DNA of 63,973 nt, filler included, from Choristocarpus tenellus KU-1152 (taxonomy: Eukaryota > Protista > Phaeophyceae), in NCBI GenBank assembly GCA_964200185.2. It is 9 parts of 9 records of this genome, joined end to end, with 100 filler letters (N's around TTAATTAATTAA, not from the genome) between each part and the next. Parts side by side here need not be neighbours in the genome. Positions count along the whole stretch, not along the records: positions 52,543 to 57,397 come from CAXNAD020012777.1; positions 57,498 to 60,904 come from CAXNAD020020246.1; positions 61,005 to 63,973 come from CAXNAD020023281.1; 6 more parts are not named here. One strand, written 5' to 3'. Below, piece after piece: positions 52,443 through 63,973 of this stretch (the stretch's first letter is position 1; each line of letters opens with the position of its first letter). The notes beneath the pieces were generated by a model. It was not told where the DNA came from. It ran no database searches and was given only the letters and a program-made list of their open reading frames with translations. The position numbers and the translations under genes were made by a program.

Positions 52443-52542
52443 NNNNNNNNNNNNNNNNNNNNNNNNNNNNNNNNNNNNNNNNNNNNTTAATTAATTAANN
52501 NNNNNNNNNNNNNNNNNNNNNNNNNNNNNNNNNNNNNNNNNN

Positions 52543-55078
52543 GTAGCCTCCAATATCATTCCTCCACACCCCTCTTGGGCGAGATCGAAATCTCTAACCC
52601 CAGTGTGGGTTAGGTCGATACCTTCAGCCTCATCCTGTGCAAAATCGAATCTTCTAACCCCTTCCTGGGCGAGGTTATCAAATGCCACAACATCCTCCTC
52701 TGATGTTGCGTTTGCTCCGGTCGATCGCTCTAGATCAACATCCATTCCAGCCACCTTTGAGGTAGGCCTCTCCTCCTCAACAGTTCCCCCTGAGTCGATG
52801 TCATCTCCTGAAGCCCCCTCAAGGGTATTCACTCCTGTCGCTGCAACATCCTCCTCTGACATTGCAGTCTCCTCAGATTGTCCACCTGTGACGGTATCTC
52901 CTCCAGCCCTTAACAGGGCGAGTGCGTTAGTTCCCGCCTCCCCTTCGGCTAGAACTAGTCCTGACACAGTCCTCTCTGTCATGTTAGGTACTTCAGGTAG
53001 TTGTCTTGAGGGTAGGTCAGGAATTGTCAAGAAGCTTCTTCGATTAGCTTTCAATGTAAACAATCCATAACTCTTCCCATTTGTCTTCACAAATTCCAAC
53101 CCAGGTCCTCCAGAAGAAGGGGTTCTTCTCAGAGAATTTTCCCTTTTCCAATATAATTCACCCCCAGATTGTTTCCCCGCGTGTATCATTGAGAAGAGAT
53201 TAAATTTTAAACCAGGAACAAATGACACATTGTGCAAGATGAAGTTTGAAACTTCCCCATTCTTTACACAAGATAGTGACAAATTACCTACGGCTGAAAC
53301 TTGTAGAACCTTTCCATCCCCAACAGTCACTGATGTCCCTACCACAGGTTTTGGATCTATCAGAGCAGTAGGATTGTTTGTCATATGAACCGAACACTCA
53401 CTGTCAAAGAACCAAAGTTCAGCCACTTCCACAATACTTCCATCATTGCTCACCGATGAGAATCCCCCAAGTTGGACTGGTGTACCACTTTCTTTCTGTT
53501 CACCATCACCAACTTCACCAATGTTGCTTGCATTGCCACTCCCCTTCCCTTTACCATTCTTCTTCTTCCTTCGGGGAGCTTGTCCAGAAGATCGTTGACC
53601 CGATTCTCCCAGACCACCATAGCGTTTGGGACAACTGTAAGCCTTGTGTCCTTTTGCACCACAGATATAACAAGAACCTGTATAAGGTCGGGACGAAACA
53701 ACAGTGGGACAAGAAGATTGATAGTGTGGTCCTCCACACTACCAGCACTCCACATATTTTGGCTGCCGATCCTTCACAAAACCTGCATTGCCGTTCCTGG
53801 ATTGGGGACCTCCAACCATCAATGCACCTCCATTATTGCCCATGCATCCTTCGTTCACGTTGTCGTTTGTGAAGTTGATATGTTTCGCAAACTCGTTTTT
53901 GGAGATCGATCCTTGCTGCCTGACCGCAACCTGTGACCTGGCGAATCTCATTGAAGTACTCATCAGTCAAACAATTGTGCATCGCACTTAATTGTTCTTC
54001 GCTGGGTTCATCATCCAAGGATCGCATTTTCTTAACTATGCTATCCAGTTCCAAGATGACTGTAGCCGGATCTTCACCAGCAGGTAAATGTAGAGAATTA
54101 AGTTCTGATCTCATCGCAGCCCTTTCTGTGATACCACTTCTCCTAAAATGGTTCCTTAAGGCTTGATAAGCTTCGGAAGGACTATCATGGTTGCTTGCCA
54201 CCTTTTCAGCAAACCCGTCCAAAGCCATCATCAGAGCAGCCATAGCCATACTCGCCTTGTATATTTCTCGTTCTGACCATCTTGACGCGTCAAAGTAATT
54301 GCTGCTGACTCTGATGTGATCATCAGATAACAGCGTGTCCTTCCAGCCCCCCATGGCAGCACACGAAAGAAATTTTCGCTCAAACATAGCAAATCCATCA
54401 CCATCATCATCACTGCTGTAGATCTTGAACGTCATTGGCAACGGAATCAATCGTTTTAATCTTCGACCAGATGGTGCCCCCTGTAGAGCGGTTCTGCTAA
54501 CCGCCCCTCTGTCTTCTTCATGATCAGTCTCGACCACCTCTCCACCTTCTTCAACTGGTGTTGTAAGTGTCGTATCCATACTCCGCTCCTCTCGAAGTAC
54601 GTCTTCTATAACCGACGGCCTCCTCCATCGGGACTCCCCCTCCAATCGATGTAACGCTAGTCTCGAGAACTTAGCACAATTCAATAAGTCGTGCTAGCTA
54701 GCATGTTAAAGAATTGGTGTTCCCAAGACTTGTGTATGTAAATAACTCGATTAATTCCTCATTATGCAGAACAGGTTGTACATGAAGTAAGGAAGGTGTA
54801 AGCAAGGAGAGTGAGCTTCAAAGCTCAAAGGGGGTCATCACCTTACGATTCTCATATTCTAATATCACGTCACTCAACTCTTGATTACTTGCATGCTACT
54901 TGCTACAACATTCCTTTTCTAAGATTCTACTTGTACTATAATAACCCGACAATATTTCCGTTGTCACCTGACAAAAACATTACTATCAATTATCCCATTA
55001 TCCAACAATAGTTCAACAACTCAATGTTTCTCCCACAGAATAATATTTTACACATGAATAAGAAACATATTCTTAACA
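52543..55078 (-). mobile_element. Ty1/Copia LTR retrotransposon, 5' part (LTR 54704-55078, gag, two Zn knuckles, protease)
   Basis: LTR TGTTAA...TTAACA; gag ORF 53833-54684; CW*CGGPHYQSSC and CYICGAKGHKAYSC; protease WFFDSECSVHMT...VTVGDG...LHNVSFVPGLKFNLFS. Confidence 0.9.
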
Positions 55079-55149
55079 TCCATACCTGACAAGGCCCCAA
55101 TTGTCCATTGTTTCTTTTGTTGACGTAGCTCTCACTCCCCCAGGCTTGA

Positions 55150-55350
55150 AGCCTATCAGAATTGAATATCTTGTACATCCTCATGTTGAGTGAAGTCCTG
55201 TGCCACCAACCTGGCCTTGAACTGTTCAGTGGTCCCCTCAACTGTTGGCTTTGTCTTAAATTAAGATTTAGTCTTGACAGGATTCTTCCCCATGTCAAAA
55301 CCTCTCCCTCTATGAATGTTCATTTCATCCTTTGTTGCTCCAGGATGTGC
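55150..55350 (-). mobile_element. Copia reverse transcriptase fragment (older element)
   Basis: KNPVKTK..FKTK...EQFKARLVAQDFTQ. Confidence 0.7.
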
Positions 55351-55379
55351 TCTGGGTACCTGGTCTACCCTGCAGGCTT

Positions 55380-56140
55380 CTCAGCACAAGCAGCACGTGT
55401 TGTGCAGGCAGCCCTTTGCTTACAAGCCTCCTCTGTTTTTGTTTTTTTTGGCTCCAATTCGAGCCAGACAGCCCTCCATCGGGGCTGCTGTCATTCTCAT
55501 GAGAGATGATCATCATCGCTGCAGTCCCCTTTGCAGCCTGTCCCAGCAGGAACCACAAGGCCTCGCGATGCCCTCCATTAATTTGCTCCTATTCGAGCCA
55601 GGCAGCCCTCCATCGGGGCTGTTGTTACTCTCATGAGTACGAATCACCATCGCTGCGGCCCCCCTTTTGTGGCCTTTCCCAGCAGGAAACACAAGGCCGC
55701 GAGACTTCCGGTGAGCTGTACAGAGATCTCGTCCTCCGTGCGTCCTTTGTCGAGCTGCATGGGGATCTCGTCCTCCACACGGACACATCTGTGCAAATAT
55801 CTGCGGCATGCCGTCCCTGATGCCTGACCAGAGCTCCTTTCTTGGCATGATCTTGGCTGCCTCCAGCTGCTCGTACCCTTGTCCAGATATGATCGAGAAG
55901 AATGACGAAATCTGCAGTGTCCTTCACTGACGAGCAGTACATGTCGCACAATTTCATCTCTGGAGCTATGAGCTGCATATACAGTAACACGCCCCCCATA
56001 GATCTGCTCTAATTCGAGACAGGCTGCCCTCCTGTCGGGGCTGCCTCCTCTCGTACGTGTTGACCATACAAGCTGACCACCATAGCTGCAGCACCCCTCG
56101 TGGCCTGTTCCAGCAGGAACCACAAGGGTTCGCGATGCCT
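55380..56140. repeat. Imperfect ~135-140 bp repeats (about 3-4 copies)
   Basis: Recurrent AATTCGAGCCAG.CAGCCCTCCATCGGGGCTG and CCAGCAGGAACCACAAGG..TCGCGATGCC. Confidence 0.75.
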
Positions 56141-56783
56141 GATTTATTCATCATACGCGCAGCGTTCCTCGAATGATGTATCAGCTGTGGGAGGTGCAGG
56201 AATGCGGTATGCTGGTTGAAAGATGCAGTACAGTCTCTTGCCGCCCGCATAGCTCACCAGCGCCATCCGCCATTCTGCCTACTTCTCCTTTGTATACCCC
56301 CGCGCTCCACTCCATAGTGACAGCATACGGGGGTCCGTTTACGTACCAATGAGGCTCATAACCTATGCAAAAGAGAGCTACTCTGATAGAGTATTTTGCT
56401 TTATGTGGTATGGATTTGTTTATTCGCGGATGAGCACTATCCTCAAGGTGGGGGGTGGTGCTCTCCCTTGTTATCTAATTCTTTCGTCATCAAACACGTC
56501 AGAAATATGTTTAAACATATTTGTGATAGTTACACTATGTCAGTCACTTATAAGTTCAAATTAAACTACGTCAGTCGCTTATAAGTTCAAGTTACATTAC
56601 TTCATTCACTTTTATACTATAAACCATATAGACTATTAGTCTATATTGCACATATCCCAGGAGTCCTGTACAAGCATCAGCGCCATCTGTAGGCCTGTGG
56701 ATCGGAGCTATACATCCTGTGGAGGTAAGCTTTGGAGCGTGCTGTAACAGTTAGTGGTAGTATATTGTTACTCAGGGCCAATA

Positions 56784-57397
56784 CAGTACCTACCCCGATT
56801 TTATGCCAACTTTTATATACCAAATCCCATTTTGCACCGATTTTTTCGACATGCTCAAAAAAATAGACTTTTGTACCGGAATTCTCGTATTCGGGCGATT
56901 TCGCACAATATCCCAGAGATATTCACGCGAGTTCGGCGCGCGCGTACTAATTTCTCGCGAAAAGTGCCTTTCTTCCGAAGTCATGACCACACAGCAGTAC
57001 AGTACGTTGCTGCTAGGGGAAGAAAGCGGAAGCCATGCCTGTGCCGCGGGAAACCTCTGCAAGATGCCTTCAAATACACCGGGTCCACCTTTCTACACAA
57101 TCCACAAGTGCCGTAAGTGTGGTGGGTACCTCCATGGCATATGTGGTGTAAAGGATCCCGAACTCAACGATGACTGCAAGCGTTTGTGTGAGGGGCAGTG
57201 CTTGGCACTGCAGCAAGTCGCGGGCGCTGACGGCAAGGATGCATTGTTATCGGCTTCATCGCTCGGCTCGCTGAATGGTAGCTTGTCTGGTGCTGCAGCT
57301 GACAGCCGCGGGCAGAAATCTAGTGCCCCTTCCAGGAGGGGCCATGGGTCAAAGCGGCCCAACTTGACATTGGACACGAAGTCAGAAGTGCTTGACC
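56784..57397 (+). mobile_element. 5' end of a pogo/Tigger-like DNA transposon with an N-terminal Cys/His finger
   Basis: TA-CAGTACCTACCCCG TIR; ORF CAAGNLC...HKCRKCGGYLHGICG...KRLCEGQC then KRPNLTLDTKSEVLD (start of a psq/CENP-B-type HTH). Confidence 0.75.
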
Positions 57398-57789
57398 NNN
57401 NNNNNNNNNNNNNNNNNNNNNNNNNNNNNNNNNNNNNNNNNTTAATTAATTAANNNNNNNNNNNNNNNNNNNNNNNNNNNNNNNNNNNNNNNNNNNNCCC
57501 CCCCAGATACTTTGAGCCTCTACTACTAATAACACTCTAGCCATCCTTGTAAATTTAGAACATTTTTTTCATTTCATAACAAATTGAACACGAGATTCAG
57601 TGTGTTGCTACAATAGCTTGATGTTGCCCTCTTCCTTGACCCAGAATCTTCATCCTCGATGACTCTACAATAAGCACCTTTGATTTAATGCCTTAGATCT
57701 GGAGAGATGAGTTCACACTTTTAAATGGATACAATACAGGCAGGGATACTCTAAACTGATGCTCCACAAAATGGATGACTTGTCAGACT

Positions 57790-58039
57790 GAGTCGAAGTA
57801 TCCTAGAGAGTAGAGCCGCGTCCGTTTGGAGGCCAAAATCCGATTTTGATGAAATTTTGACTATTGTGTTTTTTAGGAAGTGTCAATAACCTTGTTTCGA
57901 ACACACCTCCTCATAACATATACATTTTACCTACTCCGAATGTTTCGGTGTAGGTAAAATGTCATAAAGGTCCCGTGGGAAGCCAAGCCCTAAACGGACA
58001 AACAGGGAAAAACTCGTACCCTTTCAGATACTTTCACTC
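57790..58039 (+). mobile_element. MITE family A
   Basis: GAGTCGAAGTATCCTAGAG...CAGATACTTTCACTC; flanks ACT/ACT. Confidence 0.87.
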
Positions 58040-58682
58040 ACTCCTACGACAGTGTAACCCAGCATGAGGATCACATCTCAACACCCTGTCTCGGGAGACC
58101 TTTCACTAACGAAATTGCCTTGTCCATTCTACATTGCTCATCCCTTGTGAGTATTTTTATTCAACAGTTGCTCACAAGAGGCTACTTCACAATTGCCCAG
58201 CCAGACTCAACAGCAACATCAACAGCAACAGCCTGCCAACAATATGCTTCCAACACCTCGGCGTAGCCTAAGCACCTTCTTGAAGCGCCTTGGGTCCTCT
58301 CAGGGATCGTCAAAGAGTGAGGTGATCAAAACAGGAAGATACTAGAAGTATTAGGTGCATTGTCCTGTGTTCTTGGTTTTACATGTACTTAATGCCATTG
58401 TGCACATACTACTACTGAATGTTTTTCCACTTTTGGGTGTAGGATAGAATCAATAGTGTCATCACTCGTCCCGAGTGAGGTGACCAATCAAAGTGCTTCA
58501 GAGCTGGTCTGCTCGTTCTGTGCTTGGACAAACATTTCGCTCTCCTTTCCACTGCTCTAGTTGCGCAGTGGTATTGTATTTCATAGTCGATGAGGACTCT
58601 ATAGTCTAGCTATGGAAGGTAGGAATCGACCTTCAACTAGTGTTACTGATTCGATATTCCTATTGCTCCCTTCCTCTTCGCG

Positions 58683-60473
58683 TTGGCGCTTATTGGCTCT
58701 AAGCAGAAGTCCAGCAAGAAGGGAGGGGATAAAATCTCGCAGCCAACGGCACATGGTGGGGGTGGTGAATCAGGCGATATTGTAGAGGCGCAAGATGAGA
58801 CTGCTGCAGGACGAGAGGGTAGTGTAGGACATGAAGGTGGTGAGCGTGAAGCAGACGGGAAGGTTGAGCTGGGTACTACAACAGCCACAACCTCAGATGA
58901 TCGAGTAGATGCGCTTGGTCCAAGAGAATCCGAGGAAGGACAAGGTTCGAGTGTCTTGGCTAATGTCGAAGAGAAGGGTGGTGGAGAAGAAACTGGCCGA
59001 GAGAAGGAGATAAAGGAAGAAAATTACGGAGCTGCAAGTGAAGAAGAACTACTGAGAGAGGAGTGTCAGCAGGACCAGGAAGTGAGTAAAGCACATGACC
59101 CCCTTGATGGAGGAGAAGGGGATGAAGAAGTGGAAACCCTGGAGAACAATCATGAGGTTAGGGAGGGGGGAAGTGGAGCTATCAAGGAAGAAACTGACTC
59201 TGTGGAGGAAGTAGGGGGGGGTAGAGGAAGCGAGGAGGGAGGTAGAGCAGAGAGAGATGCGGAGGGTGAGGAGGAGAATAGCAGTGAGGGACTGACAGGA
59301 GATGAAGCAAATGAAAGTGGAGACAAGGTTAGCATCACACTGCCAGGAAACTTGAGCGACGGTACTTTGGATGAGACGGCAGAATTTGGAGTAGGGCTGA
59401 GTCCGAAGGTAATATATTCTTGATTTTGGCAGCACTGCCTGTCAGTTGCATCCTTGGTACTGATAATATTCCAGTCCGGTTAAACCAGTGACAACAAACC
59501 CTCCCACGTTTTATTTTTCTGAACATTGTAGTAGTGCTGCTTACGAAGGGTTGAGTACCAAGCAACACTGGTATTGAGTACAAACTAAGATGCCTGTCAT
59601 GTGGATGGATTCAGTTGTGTGTGTCACTAGTTCCTTACCCCATCTCGCAGTATCCTAGGCACAGTTGAGCTTTGGTAAGAGCAATGATGAGCTTTTCTCT
59701 CCTTCCCCACAACAAATGAAAAGCACTGGTAGAACACAGCATAGTATACTTGTCACTGTAGTTACTATCGCACCTCACCATGAGGTGAACTTCTTGGATG
59801 TGGTCCATGATTGAGCTTCACTTCAAATGTCGAAGTATATTATTGCGCCGATAACAAGGAATGGCTCCACATGAGTAGCAACATAAACACCAACAGAATT
59901 GCTTGTATGCCATGTTGAGCCAATAAAATATCTCCATGCTCCCCATACTACCCATGTCTGAACTAACCTTAGCATTGCTCAGACATTCGTCCCTAACCCT
60001 CGTACTACGTTACCCATGACAATCTTCAGTCTCCCTGCGCTGACAGCTGCAACAGCATCAGTGCAGGCTGGGATACTGATGGCTCCTCTCCCCAGTCCCC
60101 TACCGAGCACCAACAAGACCAGGACAAGAGAGAAGACTCAAGCACATTAGGGTGCATGCTTCATTCAGGGCCAGAGGTGGTTGTTGAGGTGATGGGAGAG
60201 GAACTTGGGAAAGAAAAAACTCAAACAGAATGCCAACAAAGGCACCTGGGATCACCATCAGAGATGGAGGCCTCAGGGGATGGAGCGGAGTGGGAGAGCA
60301 GCAACAAGAGTGGGGCAAGTGGGAGCAGTAGTTACCCCCTCTTCTCCCATGGCAGTCTATCACCGGAGTTTAAGAGAGACCTCGACTTCTCGGATGAGGA
60401 CGACGAGGATGATATTTTTGTTTGGTCAAAGTCGGGCAGCAAAAGCAATGGTCACATCAATAGTGGCAACTAA
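58683..60473 (+). CDS. Exons of a Glu/Gly-rich, low-complexity host protein (large exon ending 59408; further exon(s) ~60045-60470)
   Basis: 246-codon purine-biased ORF ending at donor CCGAAG|GTAAT; acidic downstream ORF. Confidence 0.5.
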
Positions 60474-61129
60474 GCGATCTGAACTTTTGAAGAAAGGGTT
60501 TGTTTTACTGTGGAGGATATTATTGCTCTAGCAAATGCCATGCTAAAGGAGGGCGATTACCATCCTCAACGAAGTAAAGAACGAGACCTGCTGCAGCATA
60601 TTGTACTGTAGTAAGTAGGCTCACATCTATGCCTATGTAAGGAGTTCTATAACCCTCTAAGCCTCTCTTGACGAGGTAGGGGATGTAAAGAAAGATGGAT
60701 AGTTCCAATTTGAAATCACAATCAAGTTCCGAGCTTCCACTTCACTTATATATATCCCCCTGCTGAGACAATAGCACGGCCCAGCAGGGTGAAGGATAGA
60801 GGATGAGGTGATGAATAGAATAATCAAAAGCAGCAACGGCTTAGATTCAAAGATAGAGCACAATGGTACATTGGGAAAGAAATGGGACTCAAAGTATCTG
60901 GGGGNNNNNNNNNNNNNNNNNNNNNNNNNNNNNNNNNNNNNNNNNNNNTTAATTAATTAANNNNNNNNNNNNNNNNNNNNNNNNNNNNNNNNNNNNNNNN
61001 NNNNCCGTTCCCCCTTTATCCCCCCAGTACCCCTTAAACCCCACAAACCCTTCCCCCCCCCCCCCCCAACCTCTCACAGCGTGTACGCACCAAGTACCCC
61101 AACGAAAGCACCAAGGGCACTTCTTGCCA

Positions 61130-63897
61130 GCACCCAGTACATAAGTCCAGGCATGTGGTAGTCCTTGCTTGAGTGCGAGGCTATTGCTGAAGTAAGAAGA
61201 GCTAATCCATCTAGCACCTGCCCTCCCGTGGAGAAACACAAATGACAAACATTGAGAGAGATCCACACACAGACAGACACATAAGCATTAATATATCGGC
61301 ATTCAATCATGGGAAGGGGGAATCCAACGAAGATCGCCCTGACATGCATGCCACGTATACATATGGACACGTTCCTGAGATTGGTGAATGTATCACTTAC
61401 TACACTACATCAACCGCAACATGGTTTGATAAAGAGCAGTACTACTAATCATTGTAAACAAGTGCTACAAGGTGCAGGAACTCAAATACCACAAAGTATA
61501 CAGATATGAAAATGCCAGAAAAAACAATGCTACAAAAGGTATGGAATGAAGACTCATGCGTTCCATGTCACCAAACAGAGACAGTCAATCCATTGTTCGC
61601 ATTAGGTCGAGCAAATCTACTTGCCTGCGAAGGTGCTCCCTGATGGATATTGATACGGATATTGACGTAAGTGACATGAATGTTCAAAAGTTTAAACAGT
61701 GGTCCGCGGCGGTTTAATAAAAACTGCTCTACACTATTTTGTCACCTTCCCAACTGCCATTTTTTTTTTCACCACAGAAAAAAAAATCTAATACGGGAGC
61801 TCCAGTCTGCAGTCTGCATCAAACTAGAATCCCTTGCAATTAGGAGTGAAAGTACCTTAGAGGGTTCAAGATTAGCCCTGTTTCTCCGAAAATTTTCAGA
61901 GTAGGTAAGATGTATACGTTACAAAAAGGTTCATCCGGAACAAGGATATTTACACTTCCTAACAAACACGATAGACAAAATCACATCAAAATCGCAACAT
62001 TGTATTTTGGTCCCCAAACGGACACGGCTCTACCCTCGAAAACACTTTTGACTCCAGGGTTCTATAATATGGAGGGCCACTGACTCTTGCAATAAATCAA
62101 AGATTGATGCCATTAACATATATGAGGTAGTCGACAGGCTGGTATGACTAATATTGCTGTTGGGAAATACTTGAGAAATACACCACCAACGAATCATAAC
62201 CCTACTTACATCTCTACTCTCTCTCCCCCTATTTCATGCACTCGAGATGGCAGCGACAATATAAACTGATGAGTTAGAAGCACACACGCACAGATCAAAG
62301 CAGGAAGAACCCACAATCTACATGATTCAGATCCTGCTCACGCCATGGAACTGTGTAGATGCAGGAATACATTCCAAGCTAAGAACAATGTGCACAGTAG
62401 TTCATGTACACAGTCTGATCCAAGGCCAAACACACTCTAGAGCATTACAGTAGTAGCAGTTCCCTACCCACTTCTCAGCAAATCTCTGCGCTGTTTAAGA
62501 CCAGGGGCTCTCAGCTTAACACACATTCCATCGGATGTTAACGAACAATCCTTGTTAAGTGACACTTGCTCGATCTGTCTTTCTTCTTCAAGATCCAATA
62601 CCTACAAAAAGGCTTGGTAATCAAAACCCATCAACAGTTGACACTACTTACACATCCTCATGAGTAAATGTTCCTGACAAGCACAATTGCAGCAACACCA
62701 TGGCCAATAACACATCAAGCACACCCACAAAGGCAAAGACGCCTTGCCAAAACAGATATACACACTCACCCATTCTACAAGCGTTATCATACTGATCAGA
62801 GCTAGGAACAATGCCATGAGACGCATACCCCGCCTTGCCCCCTCCAGCTCCCAGTGCCTGTCAAGGTAACCACTGCTCCCCCCACCACCTCCGCCTTCTC
62901 CAATCAAAAATACCTGGGGCACCTCATTCATACCTCCAGGCAGTTCAGCCTCTCCAGACATAACTTGGCAAAAGGTATATTCACAAAACACAATGGTTAA
63001 GGTTAGGGTTTCTTAGTTGAAAGAACAAACGAAGTTCAACCATTTACATGGTGAAGGTGGGGAAAATGTCATCCTGTGACACAACCACAGAATATGCAAA
63101 AGATGGCTTCTGAGAGAGCATCAAACTGAATGTTTGAGAGGAGACCGGGAAAGGAAAATAATTAAATTTAAAATAAATTGCAGAACGTAAGTCAGAGTGC
63201 ATCATATGTGTACACTCAAGCAAATGCTCAGTATGGTGATAGACAACAGTATGCCAGGTACCTATTCCATCACCACGATGTAGATATCCACATGCCAGCT
63301 ATATAGGGACCACCAATTACATCTCTGAACACCAGACTTTTCACACTCAAACCCTAACTTACACCTCCTTTTACCGCCCAGTGTTATCCATTCTCTCCTC
63401 TCCCTCTTCATCACAGAAACACACATTAAGGACTTTTCTCTGTACTCAACTCATGAAAGGCAACACTTGGATACAAAGTAGCATAGTCATCACCACGGTC
63501 AAAAGATAACAGCGGCACTTCACAAAGACCACACCAGTCGCACTCGCCCCCCCAAAACTTATGCTGCTCCCTGAAAAATGGAACCTTGACTATTTTCTTG
63601 GATACACATTTGCTTCCCTAATTTCCCACGCACTCTACACTGGGAAATAAATCCTCCTGCCCAATTCTTTGCTATACAGAGGGGCATCTCCCCTTTTGTA
63701 CGCATTACTTCCAATTGGGAGTTGTCTATTTCAATGCATACCTTCTCCAGGGTCTGCTGTGACACCTTGCTGGTTTACCCTTACAGCCACTGTGCTCACT
63801 GGAGGTGCCAAGCAACCCTTTGGACGCTGGAACAAGTGCAACACAGAACCGTCTGAAACATTTAAGCCACCAATTGTGCTGCCATCCACCAGAATCT
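61130..63897 (-). CDS. Multi-exon gene: ubiquitin-like domain followed by transmembrane segment(s)
   Basis: ILVDGSTIGGLNVSDGSVLHLFQRP (ubiquitin-fold C-terminal strands, ~63741-63897); exon ~62772-62965 ends RLMALFLALISMITLVE. Confidence 0.6.
61844..62054 (-). mobile_element. MITE family A, internally deleted
   Basis: GAGTGAAAGTACCTTAGAGGG...ACACTTTTGACTC. Confidence 0.85.
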
Positions 63898-63973
63898 GAC
63901 AATCGCCACAAGGAGGTTGCATTAAGGAGAAAAAAGGAGATTAGAGAGGAGGGGTGCTATCAACTTATCAGCC

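Noticed and set aside
28422-57397. One giant pogo element spanning the two matching TIRs
   Set aside because: The TIRs face outward and lie on different contigs separated by artificial linkers

Overview
This is eukaryotic, intron-rich nuclear DNA, most likely from a brown alga (Phaeophyceae), judged from a degenerate 18S rRNA fragment at ~24.1-24.3 kb carrying GCTGCATTGATTAGACCGAAA. The window is nine contigs joined by eight 100-nt N-linkers with a central TTAATTAATTAA, so neighbouring contigs need not be adjacent in the genome. Host genes (all partial): a very large minus-strand multi-exon gene with SKICH-like, DUF4062 and degenerate NACHT/STAND P-loop exons; a right-handed beta-helix gene; a Glu/Gly-rich gene; and a ubiquitin-like/transmembrane gene. 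Mobile DNA: two decayed plant-type (DD39D-like) mariner elements; two MITE families sharing an AAAGTATCT terminal core (about 17 and 11 copies or fragments, some nested); two Ty1/Copia elements; a CRE-like RT+RLE retrotransposon with a 3' hairpin; a pogo-like element with an N-terminal Zn finger; and a possible KDZ-type relic next to a 77-78 bp satellite. The most unusual locus is at 40.2-43.3 kb: a spliceosomal-intron-containing ParB/Srx-like + HTH gene, preceded by ~220-bp repeats carrying a 31-bp palindrome and divergent from a Cys-cluster ORF. All domain calls come from motif recognition by eye; no searches were run.
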